Source: an uncultured Nitrososphaerota archaeon (GTDB lineage: Archaea > Thermoproteota > Nitrososphaeria > Nitrososphaerales > CADDZS01). From it: a stretch of 64,000 nucleotides of DNA. Shown piece by piece: positions 41,900-50,911 of the stretch; the first letter of the stretch is position 1; every line of letters starts with the position of its first letter. The translations under genes and the position numbers were made by a program. Location: positions 32,001 to 96,000 of the forward strand of contig CAWCYI010000004.1 of NCBI GenBank assembly GCA_963799845.1. The letters are read 5' to 3'. Under the pieces are notes generated by a model. It saw only the letters and a program-made list of their open reading frames with translations, was not told where the DNA came from and ran no database searches.

Positions 41900-42778
41900 A
41901 TGAAATCTATCGGACTAGTCGGCATTGGGCAGATGGGAATGCCGATGGGAAAGAATCTTCTTCGGGTCGGATACGATCTTAAAATATACGCGAGACGTGT
42001 CGAGGCCCTTCACCCTCTTCTGGAGCTAGGTGCCAAATCAGTTGAGAGTCCCGAGTTCGTTTCGAAGAATTCGGAAATAATCGTGTTATCTCTTCCCGCG
42101 CCGCAGGATGTCATTGAAATCATCTTCGGCAATCATGGGCTTGCGTCTGGACTATCAGATGGGAAGACAGTAATCGACACTAGTACAATAGATCCAAAAT
42201 CGTCCAGAGAAATTGCGCACAGATTGAAGGAGATTGGTGTAAACTATCTCGATTCACCCGTGAGCGGAGGACCGGAAGGCGCTACAAGAGCATCACTTAC
42301 GTTCATGGTTGGAGGCAGAAAAGTGACCTTCGAAAAATCCAACGAAATCTTCAGGGTACTTGGCAAGAACATTTTCTACATGGGTGAATCTGGCTCTGGG
42401 AGTGCGGCGAAGCTCGTCAACCAGCTTCTGGTTTCTTCCAACACTCTAGCGAGCGCAGAGGCAATGCAGCTTGCGAAGGCGCTCGGACTGGATTCGAGAC
42501 AGATTATTGAGGTAATTTCTACCAGCGCCGGCGACTCCTTCGCTTTCCGCAGAGTCTCCAAGAAAATAGCCGAAAGAGAATTCGGGGAAGGGTGGCAGAC
42601 CTACCTGCTGGAAAAGGACTTGCGACTTCTCCTCAAGACAAGCTCAGACCTCGGATTGCCCTCGATCAGCGTGAGAACTTCGCTCGAAGTATTTTCGAAA
42701 GCTGTAGCGGAAGGGCTGGGAAAAGTGGATACTTCGAGCGTGATCAAAATTCTTGACGGGATGAGGACTGACGGATAG
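41900..42778 (+). CDS. NAD(P)-dependent beta-hydroxyacid dehydrogenase (3-hydroxyisobutyrate dehydrogenase family)
   Basis: GIGQMGMPM, DSPVSGG, AAKLVNQ, LEKDL. Confidence 0.9.
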   Translation: MKSIGLVGIGQMGMPMGKNLLRVGYDLKIYARRVEALHPLLELGAKSVESPEFVSKNSEIIVLSLPAPQDVIEIIFGNHGLASGLSDGKTVIDTSTIDPKSSREIAHRLKEIGVNYLDSPVSGGPEGATRASLTFMVGGRKVTFEKSNEIFRVLGKNIFYMGESGSGSAAKLVNQLLVSSNTLASAEAMQLAKALGLDSRQIIEVISTSAGDSFAFRRVSKKIAEREFGEGWQTYLLEKDLRLLLKTSSDLGLPSISVRTSLEVFSKAVAEGLGKVDTSSVIKILDGMRTDG

Positions 42779-42780
42779 AC

Positions 42781-43662
42781 TTACCCGTCAAACTCGTTTG
42801 TAGGCAACCCCCTAACATCAACTTTGGCAACGAACAGTCCTCCGCTTAGAGGCTTTGCAGCTAGCACTTTTGGATCCAGCCCATTTTTCGCAGAGGTAAT
42901 GTAAAGCTCATCAAGATTTCTTCCCCCGAAGCAACATGACGTAACCTGATCCGCAGGAATTTCGAAAGTGTCGAGAAGCTTTCCGGTTGAAGGATTCCAC
43001 CTCGTCAATCTCGCTCCTCCCCAGTGAGCGACCCATATCATTCCCTCTTCGTCGACTGCCATTCCATCCGGAGAACCCGGCTGGTTGTTTTGCACGAAAT
43101 CAACGGCCGTCCTTCTATTCTCGATCGCGCCAGTCGCCAATGAATAATCGAAAGCTGACACCTTCAGTGTTGGAGTGTCTATGTAGTACATTACTTTGTT
43201 ATCCGGGCTCCACCCCAGCCCGTTTGATATCGTGACGTTGGGTAGGACTTTATTCAGTTTTTTATTCTTCTCCAGAACGTAAAGTGAACCACTGGAGGAT
43301 CTCTCCTCTCCGTCCATCGTCCCAGCCCAGAACCTCCCTGCAGGATCGCACTTGCCATCATTGAACCTATTTCCGTCCCTTTCTGTTTCTACTTGTTCCG
43401 TCAAAGGAGTGAGCACTTTACTTTCAAGATCCAGTCCGTAATAGCCATGTTGAAGTGTTAGGGCAAGTCCTCCGGCTTTTCTTGGTAAGACGCAGCTGAC
43501 GTCATTAGCCCAAACAACCTCTTCATCGTCAGGATTGTTGGGAGTGTGAGCATAAATGACTCCTTTGTAAATGTCAACCCAGTAGAGAATCTCTTTTTCT
43601 GCGTCCCAGCTCGGGCCCTCGCCCAGCTCGGCTCTCAGGTTTGTGGCAATTTCAGGAATCAT
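42781..43662 (-). CDS. SMP-30/gluconolactonase family protein
   Basis: LGEGP, RFNDGKCD..GRFWAGTM, SNGLGW, PDGM. Confidence 0.92.
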   Translation of the reverse strand: MIPEIATNLRAELGEGPSWDAEKEILYWVDIYKGVIYAHTPNNPDDEEVVWANDVSCVLPRKAGGLALTLQHGYYGLDLESKVLTPLTEQVETERDGNRFNDGKCDPAGRFWAGTMDGEERSSSGSLYVLEKNKKLNKVLPNVTISNGLGWSPDNKVMYYIDTPTLKVSAFDYSLATGAIENRRTAVDFVQNNQPGSPDGMAVDEEGMIWVAHWGGARLTRWNPSTGKLLDTFEIPADQVTSCCFGGRNLDELYITSAKNGLDPKVLAAKPLSGGLFVAKVDVRGLPTNEFDG

Positions 43663-43868
43663 GACTGACGCTTAGATTCAATCATCTCTATAACAATTAC
43701 AGCATCAATATTTTATGGAGTGAAAAATTATAGAGTTTGCAATTACTCTATTTCCCAAAGTTGATCTTTGAAATCAAATCTTCAGAGGGAATGCACTAGA
43801 AAAGAGTAAAGGACCTGAAATAGAAAATAGCCTTGATAATGAAACGGAGTTTGATTAATCGAAGTAAA

Positions 43869-43943
43869 TGGTAGGGAACGGCGGACTCGAACGCGCCACC
43901 TCCAGCGAGACCGGCTGGAATCCTGCCCTTGGACCAGCTCCCT
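43869..43943 (-). ncRNA. Non-canonical tRNA-like RNA with encoded CCA; loop CGGUCUC (nominal anticodon GUC)
   Basis: AGGGAGC UG GUCC AAGGGCA GGAU U CCAGC CGGUCUC GCUGG AGGU GGCG(C)G UUCGAGU CCGCC GUUCCCU A CCA folds into a full cloverleaf. Confidence 0.8.
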
Positions 43944-44059
43944 GACAAGTAACTTTCGAGACAGCCAATCAAGGTAATAAGCAATTTGCTCATAATCTTG
44001 ACAAAATGACGACTGAATGCCTTTATACTTCGGATAAATCCGTCGTATTACCAATAAAA

Positions 44060-44500
44060 ATGGAAGAAAAGGATGAGGCTATAATTCGCAAGTTGAGAAT
44101 TGATTCAAGCGAGTCGGTTTCTGAAATCGCTTCGGACCTTAATTTGCCCAGAACTACGGTTCAGGAGAGAATCAAGAAAATGGTCCAAAATGGTATAATC
44201 AAGAGGTTCACGCTGCAGCTAGATTATTCGAAAATCGGAAAATCAGTAACCGCGTTTATTTTAGTCTCATTCCTCGCAGGAACAGGAGTCTCTCAGAAGG
44301 AGGCTGCCCAGAAAATTGCCGAGATTGATGACGTGTATGAGGTTCATGTCATCTCGGGAGACTGGGACATTATCGCGAAGGCGAGGGGAGAGTCGATCCA
44401 ATCCATTGGCGAACTGGTTCTCGACAAGATCAGAAACGTGAAGGGCGTGGAGAGAACACTCACCTGCACATCTTTTGTCACGATCAAAGAGACTCTGTAA
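44060..44500 (+). CDS. Lrp/AsnC family transcriptional regulator
   Basis: HTH (EIASDLNLPRTTVQERIKKM) plus RAM domain (ISGDWD); TATA-like TTTATA at ~44022. Confidence 0.93.
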   Translation: MEEKDEAIIRKLRIDSSESVSEIASDLNLPRTTVQERIKKMVQNGIIKRFTLQLDYSKIGKSVTAFILVSFLAGTGVSQKEAAQKIAEIDDVYEVHVISGDWDIIAKARGESIQSIGELVLDKIRNVKGVERTLTCTSFVTIKETL

Positions 44501-44625
44501 TCTACCGCTCCATAGATCGCCTTCCTATTTTCCAATTTTTTCGCATAAATTATTCGGGCTATTGACCAAGTCTTTGAGTCATCTTAAATAGCGTCCAGAG
44601 AAATCGTGGGAAAGCCGAACGCACC

Positions 44626-45561
44626 GTGAATGCACAAGAAGTAATCGCAGACCTCAGAAAACAGGACATTGAAATCCTGACAGAAGAGAGGTTAACCAAG
44701 ATTATCAACGAAATCTCAAAGCCAGTCACGTACATCGGCCTTGAGCCGAGCAACGTCATTCACATCGGGAACCTAAGTGCTTCAATTCCTGTATTCAAGC
44801 TTGCAAAACACGGCTTCCGGGCGATAATACTCCTCGCCGATCTGCATGCCCTCGCGAATGACAAGGGCGAGATCGGGGAAATTCAGAAATTTGCTGAATC
44901 CGATAAAGAGATGTTTGAGAAAGTTGCCAGAAAGATGGGCATCAGTGGCAAGCTCGAATACAAGTTCGGTACCGAGTTTGAGGATCAGAAATACTTTATC
45001 CAGATGTTGAGGCTTTCAAGGGTGATCAACTTTACCGAAGCCGAGAAGAGCATGGACGAGATCAGCAAATCGTCGGTCAGCAGGATGACGTCCTCGTTGA
45101 TTTACCCTCTGATGCAGGTACTTGACATCGGAGAGTTAGGGGTAAATGTCGCGGTCGGTGCGATAGACCAGCGAAAGGTGCACGTTCTGGCGATTGAGAA
45201 TCTCAAGAAGCTCGGGTACCCGACGCCCGTCGCCATTCACTCCAAGGTCATCCTGCAGGGAGTCGATGGAAAGAGAAAGATGAGCAAATCCTTCGGGAAT
45301 ACGATCAATCTAGACGAGAGCCAAGACAGTCTGGAATCAAAGATAAGGAAAGCATACTGCGCTCCCGGCGATGTTGATGTCAATCCTATTCTGGGTTGGT
45401 ACAAAGCTCTGCTCTTTCCAGTCCTCGACCGACCTCTCACCTTCGGTGCCAAGGAAATTGAAAATTTCCCAGTTCTTGAAACGGTTTGGAAGAAAAACGA
45501 GATAACTCCTCAGGAACTAAAACGCTCCGCCGTAAGAGATCTCGCGGAATTGCTAATCTGA
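44626..45561 (+). CDS. tyrS: Tyrosyl-tRNA synthetase homolog with altered anticodon-binding domain
   Basis: YIGLEPS, HIGN, LLADLH, YPLMQVLD, DQRKVH, KMSKS, KAYC; lacks RPxKFGG loop and HPxDLK. Confidence 0.85.
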   Translation: MNAQEVIADLRKQDIEILTEERLTKIINEISKPVTYIGLEPSNVIHIGNLSASIPVFKLAKHGFRAIILLADLHALANDKGEIGEIQKFAESDKEMFEKVARKMGISGKLEYKFGTEFEDQKYFIQMLRLSRVINFTEAEKSMDEISKSSVSRMTSSLIYPLMQVLDIGELGVNVAVGAIDQRKVHVLAIENLKKLGYPTPVAIHSKVILQGVDGKRKMSKSFGNTINLDESQDSLESKIRKAYCAPGDVDVNPILGWYKALLFPVLDRPLTFGAKEIENFPVLETVWKKNEITPQELKRSAVRDLAELLI

Positions 45562-45641
45562 GCGCGCAAATAGTCGTCTTCATTTCTTGCGAATCGAAAA
45601 AGCTTTTCACCATCCGATTTTGAGCTGAGGTCCGGCCCTAA

Positions 45642-46055
45642 ATGTACTGGTTATTCAAAGAAGACCCTGTGAGCTACTCGTTTGCTCAACTGGAGAAAGA
45701 CCGGAAAACAGCTTGGGAGGGAGTACACAACAATCTTGCCCTAAAATACCTAAGGCAGGTGAAGAAGGGAGATCTGATTTTCTACTACGAGACGGGAGAC
45801 ACGAAAAGCGTGGTGGGTATGATGAAGGCCTCGGGAGACGCGTATTCAACGGAAAAGGGCGATCTTCTTTCCTCGAAAGAGGTAGCCGTCGACGTCGTTC
45901 CTCTAAGAAAACTGAAAAATCCGGTCTCGCTTCAGAAGATCAAATCTAGCTCGAAATTCAAAGACTTTTTGCTCGTGAGAATCTCCAGATTGTCGGTCAT
46001 GCCGGTGACAAATGATCAGTGGGAAGAGATTCTGAAGATTTCCGAAGGGGCCTAG
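45642..46055 (+). CDS. EVE domain protein
   Basis: YWLFKEDP, WEGVHN, GDLIFYY, SRLSVMPV. Confidence 0.9.
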   Translation: MYWLFKEDPVSYSFAQLEKDRKTAWEGVHNNLALKYLRQVKKGDLIFYYETGDTKSVVGMMKASGDAYSTEKGDLLSSKEVAVDVVPLRKLKNPVSLQKIKSSSKFKDFLLVRISRLSVMPVTNDQWEEILKISEGA

Positions 46056-47026
46056 TATTCCATGATCTTGCCGATTGCCTTCAAGACCTTCTGCGCGTTG
46101 GGCAGGTAGTGCTCTTCAAGCGTGTAGGGGAACGGTGTATCATAGCCGGTAACTCTGATTATCGGTCCCTTGAGGTAGTCTATCGCCTTCTCCGCGATCA
46201 AGGCTGCAATCTCTGCGCCGTATCCGCCGGTTTTTGGAGCTTCATGCAAAATAATTACCCTGCCAGTCTTCTTTGCAGAGTCAAGTACTGCATCAATGTC
46301 GAGCGGAACGAGAGTCCTTAGATCAATGACTTCAGCCTGAACTCCGTTCTTGGCGGCTAACTCCGCCGCTTCCAGCGCGACGTGCAGCATCGCGCCGTAA
46401 GCAAAGATGGTCAGATCAGTTCCCTCCCTTGCGATTCTCGCCTTACCTATGGGCACCGTGTACTCACCGTCCGGGACTTCGCCCTTGACGGCCCTGTAGA
46501 TCCTCTTCGGTTCTAGGAAGATTATTGGATCCTCGTCCCGGAGCGACGCGAGTAGCAATCCCTTCGTGTCGTAAGGAGTTGCGGGGATCACGACCTTCAG
46601 CCCTGCGGTATGGCAGAAGTAAGCCTCGCTGCTCTGCGAATGATAGTGCCCCCCCTTTATGCCGCCGCCGTATGGAGCTCGAACGACGAGATGGCAGGAA
46701 TACTGTCCCCCTGAGCGATATCGAAGCTTGGCCAGATTCGTGACTATCTGATCAAAGGCTGGATAGATGAAATCGAGGAACTGGATTTCCGGTACTGGGT
46801 TGAGTCCGTAGATTGCCATGCCGATAGCCGTGCCGATGATGCCGGACTCTGCAAGTGGAGTATCGATCACCCGGTCCTGGCCGAATTCGTCGTACAATCC
46901 TTCTGTTGCCCTAAACACACCGCCGTCCTTCCCAACATCCTCGCCAAGAACGATGATGCGATCGTCTCTGCGCATCTCCTCCCTCAAGGCTTGATTGACC
47001 GCCTGAACTATGTTAATGACCGGCAA
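46052..47026 (-). CDS. 2-oxoacid dehydrogenase E1 beta subunit (branched-chain type likely)
   Basis: GEDVG..GGVFRAT, DTPLAE, GGHYHSQS. Confidence 0.92.
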   Translation of the reverse strand: MPVINIVQAVNQALREEMRRDDRIIVLGEDVGKDGGVFRATEGLYDEFGQDRVIDTPLAESGIIGTAIGMAIYGLNPVPEIQFLDFIYPAFDQIVTNLAKLRYRSGGQYSCHLVVRAPYGGGIKGGHYHSQSSEAYFCHTAGLKVVIPATPYDTKGLLLASLRDEDPIIFLEPKRIYRAVKGEVPDGEYTVPIGKARIAREGTDLTIFAYGAMLHVALEAAELAAKNGVQAEVIDLRTLVPLDIDAVLDSAKKTGRVIILHEAPKTGGYGAEIAALIAEKAIDYLKGPIIRVTGYDTPFPYTLEEHYLPNAQKVLKAIGKIMEY

Positions 47027-47036
47027 ATGAAATAAT

Positions 47037-48119
47037 CTACTCCTCTTCCTCGAACTGCTCTTTCAAATTCCACGGCATAACCGCGTATACATCCTCAAAC
47101 ATTGTTTTCAACTCGGGCAACGGCACCTGCTCCTGCTCTTTTATCGCGTTATTTATTTCTGCTTCATTTTCTTTCCTGAGAGCATCTTCGTATTCCTTCG
47201 TCCAGATCCCTCTTCGATCCAGGTACGATCGAAATCGCTCGATCGGGTCTTTTCTCTTCCAGTCTTCGATCTCCTCTTTGGTTCGATAGCGGTTCGGGTC
47301 GTCGCTCGTGCTGTGCGGACCCATTCTATACGTCAGACACTCGATCATCGTTGGACCTTCTCCCCTCCTTGCCCTGTCTACCGCATCCTGCCCAGCTTTG
47401 TAAACAGCCAGAACGTCATTCCCGTCGACTCTCACACCGCTGAAACCGTATGCTTCTGCTTTTTCCGCGAAAGAGTGGGAAGCAGTCTGCCTCGACGAAG
47501 GCAGAGAGATTGCCCACCCGTTGTTTTCGCAAACGAATATAATCGGCGCCTTGAAAACTCCGGCAAAATTGTAAGCCGCGTGGAAATCGCCTTCAGAAGT
47601 AGCGCCGTCTCCGTGGAATGTCATCACCACCTTGTTCTCGTTTCTCAACTTCATGCCCATTGCCACGCCGGTAGCAACTGGAAGATGCGCGGCGATCGTC
47701 GCAGCCACGCTGACAAAATTGATCTCTTTGTAGCCCCAGTGATTAGGCATCTGCCTGCCCTTCATTTCGTCTTGACTATTGCCCATTAGGTGTGCAAACA
47801 GGAGCGACAGCGAAACACCCCTGAATATTGCGACGCCGGTGTCCCTGTAAGTTGGCAGAACCCAGTCGTCCCCTCGCAATGCATAAGAGCTTCCTATCTG
47901 GGCTGCTTCCTGACCCGCGCTTGGCACGTAGAAGCCGATTCTTCCCTGCCGCTGAAGGTTCAGAGACTTCGTATCAAATGCTCGTGTAAGGGTCATCGCG
48001 CGGTATATTCGCTTCAGCTCAGAATCCGGCAGCTTTGGCTCAAGAGATTCTTCGGTCTGCCCTTCGTTGGATATCACCTGAAGGATTTCTTGAGAATCGG
48101 GGTTCAAAACAATCATCAT
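47037..48119 (-). CDS. 2-oxoacid dehydrogenase E1 alpha subunit (branched-chain type likely)
   Basis: GQEA, GRQMPNH, GDGATSEGDFH...NN, HSTSDD. Confidence 0.92.
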   Translation of the reverse strand: MMIVLNPDSQEILQVISNEGQTEESLEPKLPDSELKRIYRAMTLTRAFDTKSLNLQRQGRIGFYVPSAGQEAAQIGSSYALRGDDWVLPTYRDTGVAIFRGVSLSLLFAHLMGNSQDEMKGRQMPNHWGYKEINFVSVAATIAAHLPVATGVAMGMKLRNENKVVMTFHGDGATSEGDFHAAYNFAGVFKAPIIFVCENNGWAISLPSSRQTASHSFAEKAEAYGFSGVRVDGNDVLAVYKAGQDAVDRARRGEGPTMIECLTYRMGPHSTSDDPNRYRTKEEIEDWKRKDPIERFRSYLDRRGIWTKEYEDALRKENEAEINNAIKEQEQVPLPELKTMFEDVYAVMPWNLKEQFEEEE

Positions 48120-48239
48120 TTTGCCAAAAAGTGATTTAACTCTTACGAATCAATCGACCATAATTAGAAACATTGGAACAATCACTTCGAAATTTAGTAA
48201 ATTTTTCAATTCGACTAATGGATTTAGAATACCACAGGA

Positions 48240-48824
48240 TCATAAGAATGAAGAGCGTAGAGATACCCGATCTACAAGGATATCGGGTTGTTCTTTCGAG
48301 GAATGGATCACTATCTCGGGCGAGTCACTTTCTTCAAAAGGTTCATCAACCCCGGGTACCTTTCCGAGTCCCTCGATCTTTTTTCCGCTCTTCAACCTCT
48401 CAAGTGCATCAAGGTAGAGTTTCTGTCTGACTCCATCTGAAGCAGCGGTACGGTTTGTTTCCCGCTGAATGCAGATTTCAATCGGACACTTTACATACAC
48501 TTCAACAAATTTAGGGCATTCCCGTCTTGCAAGCTCTCGCCAGATCTTCTTATGGCCCACTCCGTCGAGTAAGACCGAAACTCCCGAGGTTGACAGCAGG
48601 CTTCCCATCAGAACGAATGAGCGGTAAGCAGCGTCTCTTTCCTGATCAGAATAGGTCGGCTCCGGGAATATCTTTTTCCTGATTGAGTCCATGCTCAGGA
48701 GCTTTACGTTTGGAGCACTTTCTCCGCCCTTTGCGATTTTCTCAAGAACGCCTCGCGCTATTGTCGTCTTTCCCGAACCGGGAAGTCCGCAGAACCATAC
48801 GACTGTCGAAAATTGTTCTTTCAA
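48240..48824 (-). CDS. Adenylylsulfate-kinase-like P-loop kinase
   Basis: WFCGLPGSGKTT, FVEVYVKCP..C..RE, GVDEPFE. Confidence 0.8.
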   Translation of the reverse strand: MKEQFSTVVWFCGLPGSGKTTIARGVLEKIAKGGESAPNVKLLSMDSIRKKIFPEPTYSDQERDAAYRSFVLMGSLLSTSGVSVLLDGVGHKKIWRELARRECPKFVEVYVKCPIEICIQRETNRTAASDGVRQKLYLDALERLKSGKKIEGLGKVPGVDEPFEESDSPEIVIHSSKEQPDILVDRVSLRSSFL

Positions 48825-49693
48825 GGGAGACTGACCAGTCTTCTTTCCAACATGGACAGAATGGTCTGGTTTGCAGCACCGAGGACATTCAGTCTGGAAG
48901 AGAATCCGACTTCGACTTCTTCTACCGATTTTCCATGACCTTCAGTCAAATTGGAAAAGACGCAGCCGGCTTCTCGCGCTATCAAGTAACCAGCCGGCGA
49001 GTCTATGGTTCTAGCACCTCCGGGTTGTGCGAACACCAGCGCCTCTGCCGAGCGGTCAGCGAGCATGCAATAACTCAGGGCGGCACTTCCAAGAAGCCTC
49101 GTTTTGTAGATTTCCTTCTTGGAAAGTTTTGAAAGTATTTTTTCCCTGAGATAATCGACATCTCCAGTTTCGACAAGCAGAGTCTGTACTTTATTGGAAG
49201 ACTCTGCGTTCGATGGTTTGAGCTTTCTTCCGTTGTGAAAAGATCCTCGTCCCTTGATCGCGGCGTATTTATCTTCGGTCTTGATGCTCAGAATCAGCGC
49301 TCCGACAATATTATCGAATCCTCTGCTGTCAACTTTCGTGTCCGGGTAAATGACGGAGAGGGCGAGTGAGAAAAACGGTATTCCTACCTCGGCATTGTGC
49401 GAACCGTCGAGCGGATCGCATACTACAACCGGAAGCTTCTTTTCATTCTCCAGACCGGGCTTTTCCCCTAGCTCTTCAGAGAGGAAAACAAAGGAGCTTC
49501 CGAGATCTGCTTTGAGAGAATTGTAAATCGCTTTTTCAGAGACCTCGTCAATCCTCAGCGTCATGTCGCCGCCCACACCTCGCTTGATGATCTTGTGTCT
49601 ATTGGCCACAGAATAGTTGCGCAGAATTGCGTTCCGACCTGCGCGTCCGGCCTTCCCCAAAATCTTCATCCAGTCCAAATTTTTCATCGTCAA
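48821..49693 (-). CDS. Inositol monophosphatase/FBPase family protein
   Basis: SEE, CDPLDGS, RLLGSAAL. Confidence 0.88.
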   Translation of the reverse strand: MTMKNLDWMKILGKAGRAGRNAILRNYSVANRHKIIKRGVGGDMTLRIDEVSEKAIYNSLKADLGSSFVFLSEELGEKPGLENEKKLPVVVCDPLDGSHNAEVGIPFFSLALSVIYPDTKVDSRGFDNIVGALILSIKTEDKYAAIKGRGSFHNGRKLKPSNAESSNKVQTLLVETGDVDYLREKILSKLSKKEIYKTRLLGSAALSYCMLADRSAEALVFAQPGGARTIDSPAGYLIAREAGCVFSNLTEGHGKSVEEVEVGFSSRLNVLGAANQTILSMLERRLVSLP

Positions 49694-50841
49694 GAACTCC
49701 TGAAGTATTCTCCGACGCGCGAGTAGTCAAATCTTCCTTCGTCCAGCAGATTCTGCACAAAATCGAATATTTTCCTCCTTGTTTCATTCGAGAGATCAGG
49801 ATACCAGGGAGGAGAGGCAATTACAAGCGCCCTAAATACATAGAAGAGAGGCATGGTGACATCCAACTCTGCATCTTTCGCGCCTTCAACATAAGCCCCC
49901 ATGAACTCGTTGAAGAGATTGAGAAATTCTCCAGTTATCTCGCCGTATTTCCTCAGCGAGTAAAAGAGGTAGTTAATCGAGAGGGCGCACACGTCGTCTG
50001 CCGGTTCGCCCCAGTCCCCACGGCTCCGATCCAGCAATACAAATCTGCTCGGAAATTTCCGATTTTCATCGAAAAGTATGTTCCATGGATGGAAGTCGCC
50101 ATGGACTTGAGATAATCGGGAATCGTTTTCCTTCAGTTTCCACCTCTGCTCCACGCACTTTTTTTCAATCTCGCGAAGCTCGTCCTCGCGCAGATAGCCC
50201 CGAGTATCCCGAGGATAACTGTCGGACAACCCAAAGATGCACTCCCCGTGGCCCACAGTATCTCGGATTTTTCTCTCGTAGATTTCCCTCCTTCCAGCCC
50301 CGGAGTGTTTGACTCCATGAATTTTGACCAGATATTCAGCCAGCACGGTAGCCCTTTCCAAGTCATAGCTCTCGAGTTTTCCCGTTTCGAAAATCCTGTC
50401 AAGATCCCTGTAGTATTCCAACCCCTGAACCATCTGGCGGAGCAGGAAGAACTCGCCCGCATCGCCCAGGGAGATCATTGAAGAATTGTTCTTTCGAAAC
50501 GCCCCGAGATCTTTCACGTGTACATGCTTTGGAAGAGAATTCCAAGTATCGAAGGAGAGAACCAAGTTGTCAACCCTGTCAGCCCTGTAATCGTGCCCGA
50601 ATCCATTCCCGACCCTCATCGTCGAGAGAATTGCCTTTTTGTCTTTGCTCTTTTGTTTCCCCGAAATTTCTTGATACACGATTAGATACGGCGTGCCGTA
50701 ACCAAGCTTTTTGATTTCGATACCCCCGGATTCGCGTTTTCCATAACCACCAAGCGGTCCGAAGTAGCTTATGGCGATCTTTTTTTTGGAGGATATCGAT
50801 TGCAGGTAATTTTGGACCTGTTTCTTAGATGGTATTCCCAA
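49690..50841 (-). CDS. APH/choline-kinase-like phosphotransferase
   Basis: HGDFHPWNIL (Brenner motif), LLDRS..GEPADD. Confidence 0.82.
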   Translation of the reverse strand: MGIPSKKQVQNYLQSISSKKKIAISYFGPLGGYGKRESGGIEIKKLGYGTPYLIVYQEISGKQKSKDKKAILSTMRVGNGFGHDYRADRVDNLVLSFDTWNSLPKHVHVKDLGAFRKNNSSMISLGDAGEFFLLRQMVQGLEYYRDLDRIFETGKLESYDLERATVLAEYLVKIHGVKHSGAGRREIYERKIRDTVGHGECIFGLSDSYPRDTRGYLREDELREIEKKCVEQRWKLKENDSRLSQVHGDFHPWNILFDENRKFPSRFVLLDRSRGDWGEPADDVCALSINYLFYSLRKYGEITGEFLNLFNEFMGAYVEGAKDAELDVTMPLFYVFRALVIASPPWYPDLSNETRRKIFDFVQNLLDEGRFDYSRVGEYFRSS

Positions 50842-50911
50842 CGATCACGTTGCCTCCTGAAAAAGATCGGAACAAACGATCCGGAATAATCCGGGATTTT
50901 AAAGCGAGCTG

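Noticed and set aside
43869-43943. Calling it an ordinary tRNA-Asp(GUC)
   Set aside because: It lacks U33, purine 37 and G73, and has A1-U72
43782-44054. Short minus-strand ORFs of 90 and 65 aa
   Set aside because: No family motifs; they overlap the tRNA-like cloverleaf and the divergent promoter
48240-48824. Assigning cysC and a sulfate assimilation role
   Set aside because: The motif is altered and no sat/cysH is nearby
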